DNA of 64,000 nt from contig CAWBMP010000004.1 of the NCBI GenBank assembly GCA_963790025.1, forward strand, positions 256,001 to 320,000, in the 5' to 3' direction. How positions within the stretch are numbered: position 1 is the stretch's first letter; every line of letters begins with the position of its first letter. Under the pieces are notes generated by a model. That model worked only from the letters and a program-made list of their open reading frames with translations, ran no database searches and had not been told where the DNA came from. Origin of the DNA: Nitrospirota bacterium. GTDB lineage: Bacteria; Nitrospirota; Thermodesulfovibrionia; Thermodesulfovibrionales; Dissulfurispiraceae. The position numbers were made by a program, and so were the translations under genes. Below, one piece after another: positions 31,821 through 40,053 of the stretch.

Positions 31821-34800
31821 TTACAGGAGAAAGGTGAAGACTTTCTCCACTTCACCCGACAGAAAGCCCTTCCTGAGTACCTTCACCTTCAGGGGATCAC
31901 CCTTCTTTTTAAAAACAAGATGTATCCGTATATCATCGCTGGTTGAAACGGGGACATCGTCAACTGAGAGAATGACATCTCCCTTCCTAAGCCCCGCCTG
32001 CTCTGAAATACTTCCTTCAGGAAATCCGGCTATTGTAACTCTTCCATCTGCCTCCTTCAGCAGGACCATCATTTTGGGACTGACCGCGCCATACTCCGGT
32101 TTAGGATAAACAAGGTAATTCGCGATGTCCTTATCAACATCAAAGTCGTTCAGTACAATGGTGTAGTCAAGGCCATTTCTTCTGAACGTCCTTTTGGGAA
32201 TACCTGAACCGTAGGCGATATGTCCGCCGCCAGCTAGAACGACCATCTGGCCGTCTTTCCGAAAATCCGGGTTGTTGTTAAGAAAGTCATCAATCGCTTG
32301 TGACATCGATTCATCCCAGAGTATTTGCGACTGGTAAAAAAAGTCAAATTTCATCCCATTTGCGCCGCTGTGTTTTTGGAAGACCTCATGCAGCCTCTCC
32401 CTGTAGTCCTCATCAGAGAAATCCATTTGTGAAGGGATTACCCTTTTCTCCTCTTCAGAAAGTGAATCGATGCCCGCCTTTGAGACCTTATCCGTGATCT
32501 CACGCTTCAAGTTAAGCGCAATTACAGGTATTCTTTCATCCCGTGCAAAGGTCAGGACCGGCCGATAAAGGTTATAGTCAAAACCCCACCTGCTAAAATA
32601 TTCCGTGCCTTTCAGCATAGTCCTTTCATCGATAGTACCAGCTATATACTCGTCAAGCACTTTCTGGAAAGGCCTTTGAAACATCTCCATACCGATCGCT
32701 GTGTTCTTATTTTTCCGATGCAGGGCCTTTATTACCTCCAGTTCCACAGTGTGATTTGAAAAGCGGTCATGGAACTCTCCCACATATACGATCTTCTTGC
32801 CGGAAATACCCGGTATCACTTCGGCGAACGGTTTAACAGTTGAAACGTCAACGGCAAAAGTCTGATCTTTTTGCTCCACATTTATACCTCTTTCGGTTTC
32901 TTCAACTTTTTTGAAAACATTCCTACCCTTGTCGAAAAGCAGAATGCTGTATTTGCCGTAGTGGAATATCTTCCCGAATGCCGCATCTACTTCCTCCCGG
33001 GATTTACCATCTATAATGCCAACCACATTGCGGCTGTTCCAGGGATTATGTCTGACCGTTACACTGAAACCCGCATCGGTCTTAATCTTTCCATAAAGCC
33101 GTTCAGCAACGTGGTTATCGTTGCCGAGAACAATCAGAGTCGTGAATTTCATATCGCTGTCCCTGATTTCGGAAGGCAGTTTTTCCACCCCTCCTTTTTC
33201 CCTGAAAGCCCTGATGACGGTGCTGTAAATTTCCTGATTTTTTACGGGAAGGACCATCACCGGTTTTTCAGCACCTATCATTCCCGCAACGACAGGGGGC
33301 AGTTCTTTCGTATCAAGCCTGCGGGCAACATCATACCTTTCGTCTATAACGACCTTTTCAGGCATGGCGCTCAGAGCGAGAGTGACAGGCGTTTTGATCT
33401 TATCGACGTGAACACTAAAGTGTTCCTCTTTGCCGCCGGGATAAAAAACCTCCAAAGGAAGTTCCAGTGTATACATCCCTGATTTCTGTTCTATGGTGAA
33501 CGAGGCTTCGTATTTGGAGCCATTGGGCTTCATATCAAATGCTTCGATGAAAAAGTCCGGTATCCCGGTGCCATCAACCCACTGCCTGAAAAACCATCCC
33601 CAGTCCTTTACGGAGTCTTTCTCAAAAATGCGCCTTATATCGTCCCATGAGGTCCTCTGAAAACGCCTCTCCCGCACAAGGTCCCGGAGCGCGTGGTTAA
33701 ATGCATCATCTCCCATTGCGCGCCGGAGCATATGGAAAACCATTGCAGCCTTTCCATAGCCGATCGCCTTCGACGAAAAATCGCTTCTTCCGATAAAATC
33801 CTTAAGAGGGAATTCGTTTGTTGGGTTTACGTAACTCTGATAATCTATCAGGATCTGCTTTCTGTATTCCCATCCCTTCCCTTTCTGCTCCTCATAAAGG
33901 TGATCTGCAAGATATGAAGTAAGCCCCTCGGCCCAGTTGCCTTTCTCATAATCAATATAAACGAGATTGCCCAACCATTGGTGCAGTATCTCATGTCCGA
34001 GCGAGGTCTCTACGATAAACGGAAGACGCACCACTTCCCGGCCAAGCAGCGTATAGGTAGGCATGGAATAGCCCGAGGAGAGAAAGTTCTCGACAATCGA
34101 GAACCGTTTGTAAGGAAATTTGCCGAGCATATCCTCATAAAGCCTGATGTATTTTTTTGCATGTTCGATGTAAGTACCGGCAAGAGACCGGTCTTCCCGG
34201 AAAAAATACGCATAGAGGTCGATTCCGTTTACAGTGTCCCTGACCTCAGCGTATTCCCTTGAGGCAATAAAGTTTATCCCTCCAACCGGGTGCGGAAAAT
34301 CGAAAGCGAATACAGCCGTTCCATTAATTACGGATTTCCTGATTTCCTCTGCCTCGGACAGGGCCGTGAAGCCTTCCGGCAGGGTCGCCCTCACGTCGTA
34401 AATACATAGATTGTTAATCAGGGGATACCATAATTCAGTAAGGGATATCCCCCTTTCATCAATAGTATTAGTGACCACTCCATAGTTGCTGTCGTGCCCT
34501 TCCCGCCCGCCTTTAAAAACACCCTCGTACACGATGACGATGTTGCCGTCACCAGCAGGGTAGAGCTTTAGAATGCCGTCACGCGCAGCCGCCTCGATCT
34601 TATTCCGACCGTTCCGGACCTCTTTAATTATCAGGTCCCCTGTGCGTATTACAAGTTCTTTGTGGGCAGGAGCATTAATAGTTGCAGTACCCAGAATCTT
34701 TGACTGGGAAATATCGAAGGAGACATCGAGTGAATATTCAGGATACTTCGGCGCTGATCGTTCAACAGCCTCCGACGTATGAGGGACCAGGAGAAACATT

Positions 34801-34829
34801 AAAACAGCTGCAAGCAGCAATCGTATCAT
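31821..34829 (-). CDS. M1-type metalloaminopeptidase + ChaN-like domain + PDZ fusion protein
   Basis: Signal peptide; HEILHQW..NWAEG zinc motif; IVYVGEFHD, GMEMF, QILWDESM and LAGGGH ChaN-like motifs; AGLRKGDVILSVD PDZ. Confidence 0.82.
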   Translation of the reverse strand: MIRLLLAAVLMFLLVPHTSEAVERSAPKYPEYSLDVSFDISQSKILGTATINAPAHKELVIRTGDLIIKEVRNGRNKIEAAARDGILKLYPAGDGNIVIVYEGVFKGGREGHDSNYGVVTNTIDERGISLTELWYPLINNLCIYDVRATLPEGFTALSEAEEIRKSVINGTAVFAFDFPHPVGGINFIASREYAEVRDTVNGIDLYAYFFREDRSLAGTYIEHAKKYIRLYEDMLGKFPYKRFSIVENFLSSGYSMPTYTLLGREVVRLPFIVETSLGHEILHQWLGNLVYIDYEKGNWAEGLTSYLADHLYEEQKGKGWEYRKQILIDYQSYVNPTNEFPLKDFIGRSDFSSKAIGYGKAAMVFHMLRRAMGDDAFNHALRDLVRERRFQRTSWDDIRRIFEKDSVKDWGWFFRQWVDGTGIPDFFIEAFDMKPNGSKYEASFTIEQKSGMYTLELPLEVFYPGGKEEHFSVHVDKIKTPVTLALSAMPEKVVIDERYDVARRLDTKELPPVVAGMIGAEKPVMVLPVKNQEIYSTVIRAFREKGGVEKLPSEIRDSDMKFTTLIVLGNDNHVAERLYGKIKTDAGFSVTVRHNPWNSRNVVGIIDGKSREEVDAAFGKIFHYGKYSILLFDKGRNVFKKVEETERGINVEQKDQTFAVDVSTVKPFAEVIPGISGKKIVYVGEFHDRFSNHTVELEVIKALHRKNKNTAIGMEMFQRPFQKVLDEYIAGTIDERTMLKGTEYFSRWGFDYNLYRPVLTFARDERIPVIALNLKREITDKVSKAGIDSLSEEEKRVIPSQMDFSDEDYRERLHEVFQKHSGANGMKFDFFYQSQILWDESMSQAIDDFLNNNPDFRKDGQMVVLAGGGHIAYGSGIPKRTFRRNGLDYTIVLNDFDVDKDIANYLVYPKPEYGAVSPKMMVLLKEADGRVTIAGFPEGSISEQAGLRKGDVILSVDDVPVSTSDDIRIHLVFKKKGDPLKVKVLRKGFLSGEVEKVFTFLL

Positions 34830-34915
34830 AATTACAATTATATACTATTTGCAGGCAGGCAGTTTTCCCTGGTCTGATATATAATTAAAGTAATTAAAAA
34901 GTGAGAGGTGATACG

Positions 34916-36034
34916 ATGTCAAAGGTCTTTTTTGCTACCGCACGTGTGGGAAAGTGGCGATACCGGGACAGTATGCCCGGAAAGCTGGAGCATCTTCTGC
35001 AGGAAGTCCGGCTTGCCGCCTACTTCGAGCCCGATGAATGGGTGGCAGTAAAAACGCATTTCGGCTCTGAAGGCGCTCACCGTGTCGTAAGGCCGGTATT
35101 TCTGGCAAAGGTCGTGGAATCACTCAAGGCTCTCAGGGCCAAACCATTCGTAACCGATACCGTAAGAATAAAGGGCCTGGACTACCTTGAAGTGGCCAAC
35201 AGAAACGGGATCAATCACCTTTCGGTCGGGGCCCCTGTCGTTATTGCCGATGGGCTTTATGGAAATGACAACATTATGGTAAAGGCAGGAGAAATACTGG
35301 GAGACATTGCCGTTGCATCTCTCATATATGATGTCCCGGCGATGGTAGTGTGCTCCCATGTGAAGGGGCATATCAATGCGGGATATGCAGGGGCCATAAA
35401 GAACATCGCAATGGGTGCTGTAAGCAGCAGCCATCGCCACTGCGGCTGGAAATGCGGACGCGGAGCCATGCACACAATAGGAGAGGGAAAGCTGGTGTGG
35501 GACGGCGATAAGTGCACCTTATGCTACCAATGTGAAGAGGTCTGTCCTCTGGATTGCATCGAATTTAAAGACAATATCCTCACCTACGATAACGAACGAT
35601 GCTGGCGTTGCGGCAGATGCACGAGGGTCTGTCCTGAAGGAGGACTGACACTTCCCGGCGATGATCAGCTTTTCATGAAATCGCTGGCCGAGTCGACTAA
35701 GGCGGTACTCGGCACATTCAAACCCAATAAAATCATCTATATAAATTTCCTCACCGAGATCCAGCCGGAGTGCGATTGCATGCCCGCGGCAGAGGTCCCC
35801 GTGATACAAGACCTGGGTATCCTTCTGTCCGATGATATTGTTGCTATCGAGCAGGCTTCCATTGATATGCTGATGAAAGCCAAACCACTGCCCTCATCGA
35901 TCGCTGATAGCGCAGAGATCAGGGACGGAGATGATATATTGCTAAAGCTCCACGATAAGCCATATATCATTCAGGTCGAAGAAGCTGAGCGGCTGGGGCT
36001 TGGGAGCAGGGATTATGAGTTGATCGAATTATAA
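34916..36034 (+). CDS. DUF362 family Fe-S protein with 2x[4Fe-4S] ferredoxin domain
   Basis: VKTHFG, SHVKGH..GAIKNIAMG, two CxxCxxCxxxCP motifs, PECDC. Confidence 0.85.
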   Translation: MSKVFFATARVGKWRYRDSMPGKLEHLLQEVRLAAYFEPDEWVAVKTHFGSEGAHRVVRPVFLAKVVESLKALRAKPFVTDTVRIKGLDYLEVANRNGINHLSVGAPVVIADGLYGNDNIMVKAGEILGDIAVASLIYDVPAMVVCSHVKGHINAGYAGAIKNIAMGAVSSSHRHCGWKCGRGAMHTIGEGKLVWDGDKCTLCYQCEEVCPLDCIEFKDNILTYDNERCWRCGRCTRVCPEGGLTLPGDDQLFMKSLAESTKAVLGTFKPNKIIYINFLTEIQPECDCMPAAEVPVIQDLGILLSDDIVAIEQASIDMLMKAKPLPSSIADSAEIRDGDDILLKLHDKPYIIQVEEAERLGLGSRDYELIEL

Positions 36035-37270
36035 AACGAGAAAAGCGCACTTGAGATATTCGGTCTCGGGCATTGAGAGCAGGACAGGATGGTCCCGCCC
36101 TTGCGAACGCAGTTCCAAAACCCTTGCATTCCTTCCGGCATCCTTTGCCGCATGCTGCAGCATCTCAAAAAAGGCAGTTCTATCGACATGATGTGAGCAG
36201 GAGGATGTGGCAATGAGGCCGCCCTCCCCGATAATGCTCATGGCCATGGCATTTATCTCGCGGTATCCCCTCAGACCTTCTTTGAGCTTTGCCTTGCTTT
36301 TGACAAAGGCCGGGGGATCCAGAACAAGAAAATCATAAAGATGGCCTGAAGTAACCTCTCTCTTCAGGAAATTAAATACGTCCGCCTTCACAAATTCGCA
36401 TTTATCGGAAAGCCCATTCAGTCCGGCATTTCTCTTTGTCTGCTTAATTGCCGCCTCAGAGCTGTCAACAAAAGTAACATGGGCCCCCTTCCTGGCAAGG
36501 TGCAAGCCCCAGGCGCCGGAATAGCAGAAAAGGTCCAAACCCCTCCCGCCCCCACCTCGGATGGTCTGGCGACTTTCGGCTTGCAAACCCCTACTTCTGG
36601 CGGGGACCCCGTTACTGACAAGCCTGCTGAAGGCTATCCTGTTCTCTCTCTGGTCAAGAAAAAACCCGGTTTTTTGCCCTGAAAGCGGTTCCATCTCACT
36701 ATGAATGTCTTCCTCTGTAATCGACACAAAATCGCCGGGAGTGCCTTTAATCATGATCTTTTCGAGCGGGAGCCCCTCCAGCGTCCTGTTATGATTGTCA
36801 TTCTTCATAACAACCATTTCCGGTGACAGCATTTCATCAAGCAGCCCCAGCAAAAGGTCCCTATGCCGTTCCATGCCGGCAGTCAAAATCTGTACAACGA
36901 GACAGCCGGCATACCTGTCGACAATCAGGCCGGGGAGAAAGTCGCCCTCACTATAAACGAGTCGGCAGGAAGCGGATGAATCGGAACCGGGGGGCAAGAA
37001 ACGCTTTCTGTATAGCAGGGCATCCGAAATCCGGCCCCTGAAAAAATCGGCATTGATCTCCTCTCTCTGCCGCGTAAGCAGCCTGACAGCGATCAGAGAG
37101 TTCGGATTAATATACCCTATTCCAATAAACGCCTCTTGATTATCGTAAACTTCGACGAGGCTCCCTGGCTCGTGGCTGCGGGGACTCGATGACAGCTCAT
37201 TTGAAAAGATCCAGAGATGACCGGACAAAACCCTGCTTGTGCGTTTTAAGAAAATCTTCTCCATAGGCAT
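36029..37270 (-). CDS. rlmI: RlmI-family SAM-dependent rRNA methyltransferase with ~20-aa in-frame insertion
   Basis: GHLWIFSNE, SEGDFLPGLIVDRY, GQKTGFFLDQRENR, LDLFCYSG, LDPPAF, PETEYLK. Confidence 0.85.
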   Translation of the reverse strand: MPMEKIFLKRTSRVLSGHLWIFSNELSSSPRSHEPGSLVEVYDNQEAFIGIGYINPNSLIAVRLLTRQREEINADFFRGRISDALLYRKRFLPPGSDSSASCRLVYSEGDFLPGLIVDRYAGCLVVQILTAGMERHRDLLLGLLDEMLSPEMVVMKNDNHNRTLEGLPLEKIMIKGTPGDFVSITEEDIHSEMEPLSGQKTGFFLDQRENRIAFSRLVSNGVPARSRGLQAESRQTIRGGGGRGLDLFCYSGAWGLHLARKGAHVTFVDSSEAAIKQTKRNAGLNGLSDKCEFVKADVFNFLKREVTSGHLYDFLVLDPPAFVKSKAKLKEGLRGYREINAMAMSIIGEGGLIATSSCSHHVDRTAFFEMLQHAAKDAGRNARVLELRSQGRDHPVLLSMPETEYLKCAFLVL

Positions 37271-37271
37271 A

Positions 37272-38157
37272 CTACAATCTTCCTTCCTGCTTCAGCCTGC
37301 CTATGATCTCCCTTATTCTGGGCAGAGATTCCAGCGCAGCCTTTCTCTCCTTCAAGAATGGCCTCATGGCGCTTATCAAAGTCGCTCGAGCCGATACGTC
37401 CTACTTTCGGCCTTATGACTACATCGGCCTTCGAAAGCTGAACATATGATATCTTTGAGTACATAATATTGACAGACTGAAGGATCGTGTCTATGGTGCC
37501 TTCCGGCAAGATAGTATCGAGATCGGAAGAGATATCCACCGCTATAACAATATCGGCGCCCATTTTTTTCGCGGCATCCACGGCAACGGGGCTAACTACC
37601 CCGCCATCAACATACATCTGGCCATCTATCTTCACCGGCCTGAATATGCCGGGTATCGTGCAGCTGGCCCTCACCGCGGTGCCTGTATTTCCACTGCCGA
37701 AGATCGTCTCCTGCCCGCTCTGAATGTTTGTGGCGACAGCATAAAAAGGTATCCGCAGCTTCTCGATAGGGGTATTCCTGACCATTTTGTTGACATATGT
37801 CTCAAGCAGTTCGCCTTTAATAAAGCCATTATCGGGAAAAGAGAGATCGGCAATGTCGGTCTTCTGCAGCCCTATTGCAATTTTCTGGAGCTGGAAGGCA
37901 TTAAAGCCGTACGCGTACAGACTGCCCACAAAACTGCCCGCACTGGTACCCACGATCATCTGAATGGGTATATTATTGGACTCAAGCACCTTGAGCACAC
38001 CTATATGGGCAAAGCCCCTTGATGCCCCAGCCCCGAGCACGACAGCCACCTTTGCCGGTTTCTGCTGCGGCTGGACAACCCCCTCCCTGGTAGGAGCACA
38101 GGACACTATGTTAAGCATCAAAACAAAAAGAATAACAACTATTCTCTTGAACTGCAT
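37272..38157 (-). CDS. Patatin-like phospholipase lipoprotein, apparent +1 frameshift near the C-terminus
   Basis: Lipobox IVSC, GAGASRG, GTSAG, DGG. The alternative frame after EGEK reads AALESLPRIREIIGRLKQEGRL* ending at 37272. Confidence 0.85.
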
Positions 38158-38402
38158 ACATTTCCTCCTGAACATAACCCTTGTCCCAAGCACTCAAATC
38201 GCTTATGAGTTGCGTGTTGAGTGCCCGGCGATAATAATCGCTTTTGTCTTATTCGCAGAGTTATATTCTATATTACTTCGTCTAAAAGCATCCAGCAATT
38301 CAACGAATTCAATAATTCATAATGAACATCCGATAATAAAAATAAAAGATCTACGGCAAAAACATCTGTTTTTCGCACGCTGATGGTAACAGGGAGGGGA
38401 CC

Positions 38403-38960
38403 ATGGGCCAGGTAATTCCACTACGGGACAAAAATAATATAAAAGCGGCATTCGAAGGCGATTTCACCAATATGCTTAAAGATGTGGCCGAGGTCAAAAG
38501 GGAGGCACTGGGTACGGAAGACAACAACATCTTTCACCTGAACGTGAGTTTCGAGGACTTGTTCAAGGCCAAAATAGGCTCATTTATTATAGACCACAGG
38601 CTTATGAATGCGGACCTGTTTCGCTGCAGCCTTTATGTGGCCCATGTCCTAGGTGAAACCCTTTCAAAAAAAATAACAAGCTTTTACATAACAGATTATT
38701 TGATCCGGGGTATCGAAGAGGAAGCGCCGGATATTTTAAAAGAAGGCGCCGACCTTTGTTGCATCCTCTGCATTTTTTTTGAAGAAAGGCGCAATTGGAG
38801 AATGACGCGTGCAGGGGATTATGTAAAAATGGGCATTCGACTGTATTCACTCTACTATTCAATGACACAGAAATTGATAGGATGGTGCATGAGCAGGAAT
38901 TTTGAAAATATTACCTCTATAACAAGAAGGTGCGTAGAGGATTTTGAGAGAAAGGGATAA
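38403..38960 (+). CDS. Hypothetical protein
   Basis: GGGAGG RBS, 185-aa ORF, no recognised motif. Confidence 0.7.
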   Translation: MGQVIPLRDKNNIKAAFEGDFTNMLKDVAEVKREALGTEDNNIFHLNVSFEDLFKAKIGSFIIDHRLMNADLFRCSLYVAHVLGETLSKKITSFYITDYLIRGIEEEAPDILKEGADLCCILCIFFEERRNWRMTRAGDYVKMGIRLYSLYYSMTQKLIGWCMSRNFENITSITRRCVEDFERKG

Positions 38961-39011
38961 CTTGATATCCTTTATTGAGTCAAGTATAGACTAATGTTTT
39001 GGTAGAAAGCC

Positions 39012-39050
39012 TGACAAAGCTAAACCCTTTGCAAAAGGGGGGCGGAAAGC
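39012..39050 (+). ncRNA. 5' half of a c-di-GMP-I (GEMM-I)-like riboswitch aptamer, apparently truncated
   Basis: GACAAAGCTAAACC-CTTT-GCAA-AAGG-GG-GCGGAAAGC matches the GEMM-I P2 pattern with a GNRA loop; no adjacent P3 arm seen. Confidence 0.5.
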
Positions 39051-39081
39051 GGGTAAAATATTTTGGGGAAAACATTTTGGT

Positions 39082-39110
39082 TTGACGTTAATGCCAAAGT
39101 GTCATATAAT
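39082..39110 (+). promoter_or_regulatory. Near-consensus sigma70 promoter
   Basis: TTGACG (39082-87), 17-nt spacer, TATAAT (39105-10). Confidence 0.75.
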
Positions 39111-39116
39111 TAAATT

Positions 39117-39353
39117 AGAGAGAGAGAATTTTCTCTAATTCTTTCTCCATGTATGGGTGTTTGATACGGGAGAAAGACGCCCCGAAAGGGGGAGAGAGGG
39201 CTGTAGAAGACAGCCCGTGGTTAGCTGACGGGAAGTACATTTCAGCAACTTATGGTATATCCGCCGGCCAGCCGAAGAGGTTACCGGAAGTTTCCGGCGA
39301 CCTTTAAAAAACGAGGTAGAAGGCTTAAGTGCCCTCTACCTTTTGTTTTTTTT
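39117..39353 (+). ncRNA. Candidate structured small RNA (~235 nt), family unknown
   Basis: Bounded by promoter and intrinsic terminator; contains a chain of hairpins. Confidence 0.55.
39314..39353 (+). terminator. Rho-independent terminator
   Basis: AGGTAGAAGGC-TTAAGT-GCCCTCTACCT followed by a T tract. Confidence 0.8.
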
Positions 39354-39434
39354 GGGGAGCGAATTGCCAGTTGCAAATATTAGAATATTGGCATATATTA
39401 TAGTTAGTAGCATGGGTATAAAAAGAGAACTTGA

Positions 39435-39597
39435 AGTACTACAGTCCATAAATACGGTGTAGCACCGAGAACTTCGATGCGCCGCGCCAGCGAGGCGCAG
39501 GACTGAGGCGTACCACTTGGTACGGCGAGGGACTGCAACAAAGCTGGAACTGATTCAGCGGCGATCGAATGAAACCGTATTTATGAACTGTAGTACT
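39435..39597. mobile_element. MITE-like non-autonomous element (163 bp)
   Basis: 24-bp terminal inverted repeats AGTACTACAGTCCATAAATACGGT / ACCGTATTTATGAACTGTAGTACT (1 mismatch); GC-rich interior with GCGTACCACTTGGTACG hairpin; no transposase. Confidence 0.75.
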
Positions 39598-39619
39598 AAA
39601 TATCAGGGAGGTGACTTAC

Positions 39620-39988
39620 ATGAAAGCTATTCTCGCTGCAGTGTTGGCGGTGCTGTTTATGGTTTTTCTTGCAAGTGTCGCCATTGCTGATGAGTTATAT
39701 CCTGTCAGGGTCTATGAGCAGTCTCCGGGACCAAATACCATTAGAGGTTCGGTAGTGTCTGTAGACCGGGAAGCAGGGCAGTTTATGGTGAAACCGACAA
39801 ATCTACCCACTCTGTTGCCTGGAGCAATGACACTCTCGACGGACAGTATGACAAAAGTGAAGATGTGTGGCAGCAGCAAGACTTTTGAAGATATAAAAGT
39901 CGGTGAGAAGGTGGAAGTTCAATATCAGTCTAAAGAATATGGCAAACCCATTGCTGAAGATATTAACGTCAGAACTAAAACATGTTGA
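39620..39988 (+). CDS. Small secreted protein, OB-fold-like
   Basis: Signal peptide (AIA/DE), IRGSVVSVD...IKVGEKVEVQY pattern. Confidence 0.7.
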   Translation: MKAILAAVLAVLFMVFLASVAIADELYPVRVYEQSPGPNTIRGSVVSVDREAGQFMVKPTNLPTLLPGAMTLSTDSMTKVKMCGSSKTFEDIKVGEKVEVQYQSKEYGKPIAEDINVRTKTC

Positions 39989-40012
39989 AGCGGACCTTTA
40001 GGCAGATAGACC

Positions 40013-40039
40013 GGCGCCGAAACTTTCGGCGCCTTTTTT
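40013..40039 (+). terminator. Rho-independent terminator
   Basis: GGCGCCGAAACTTTCGGCGCC followed by TTTTTT. Confidence 0.8.
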
Positions 40040-40053
40040 ATTTATGCGTCACT

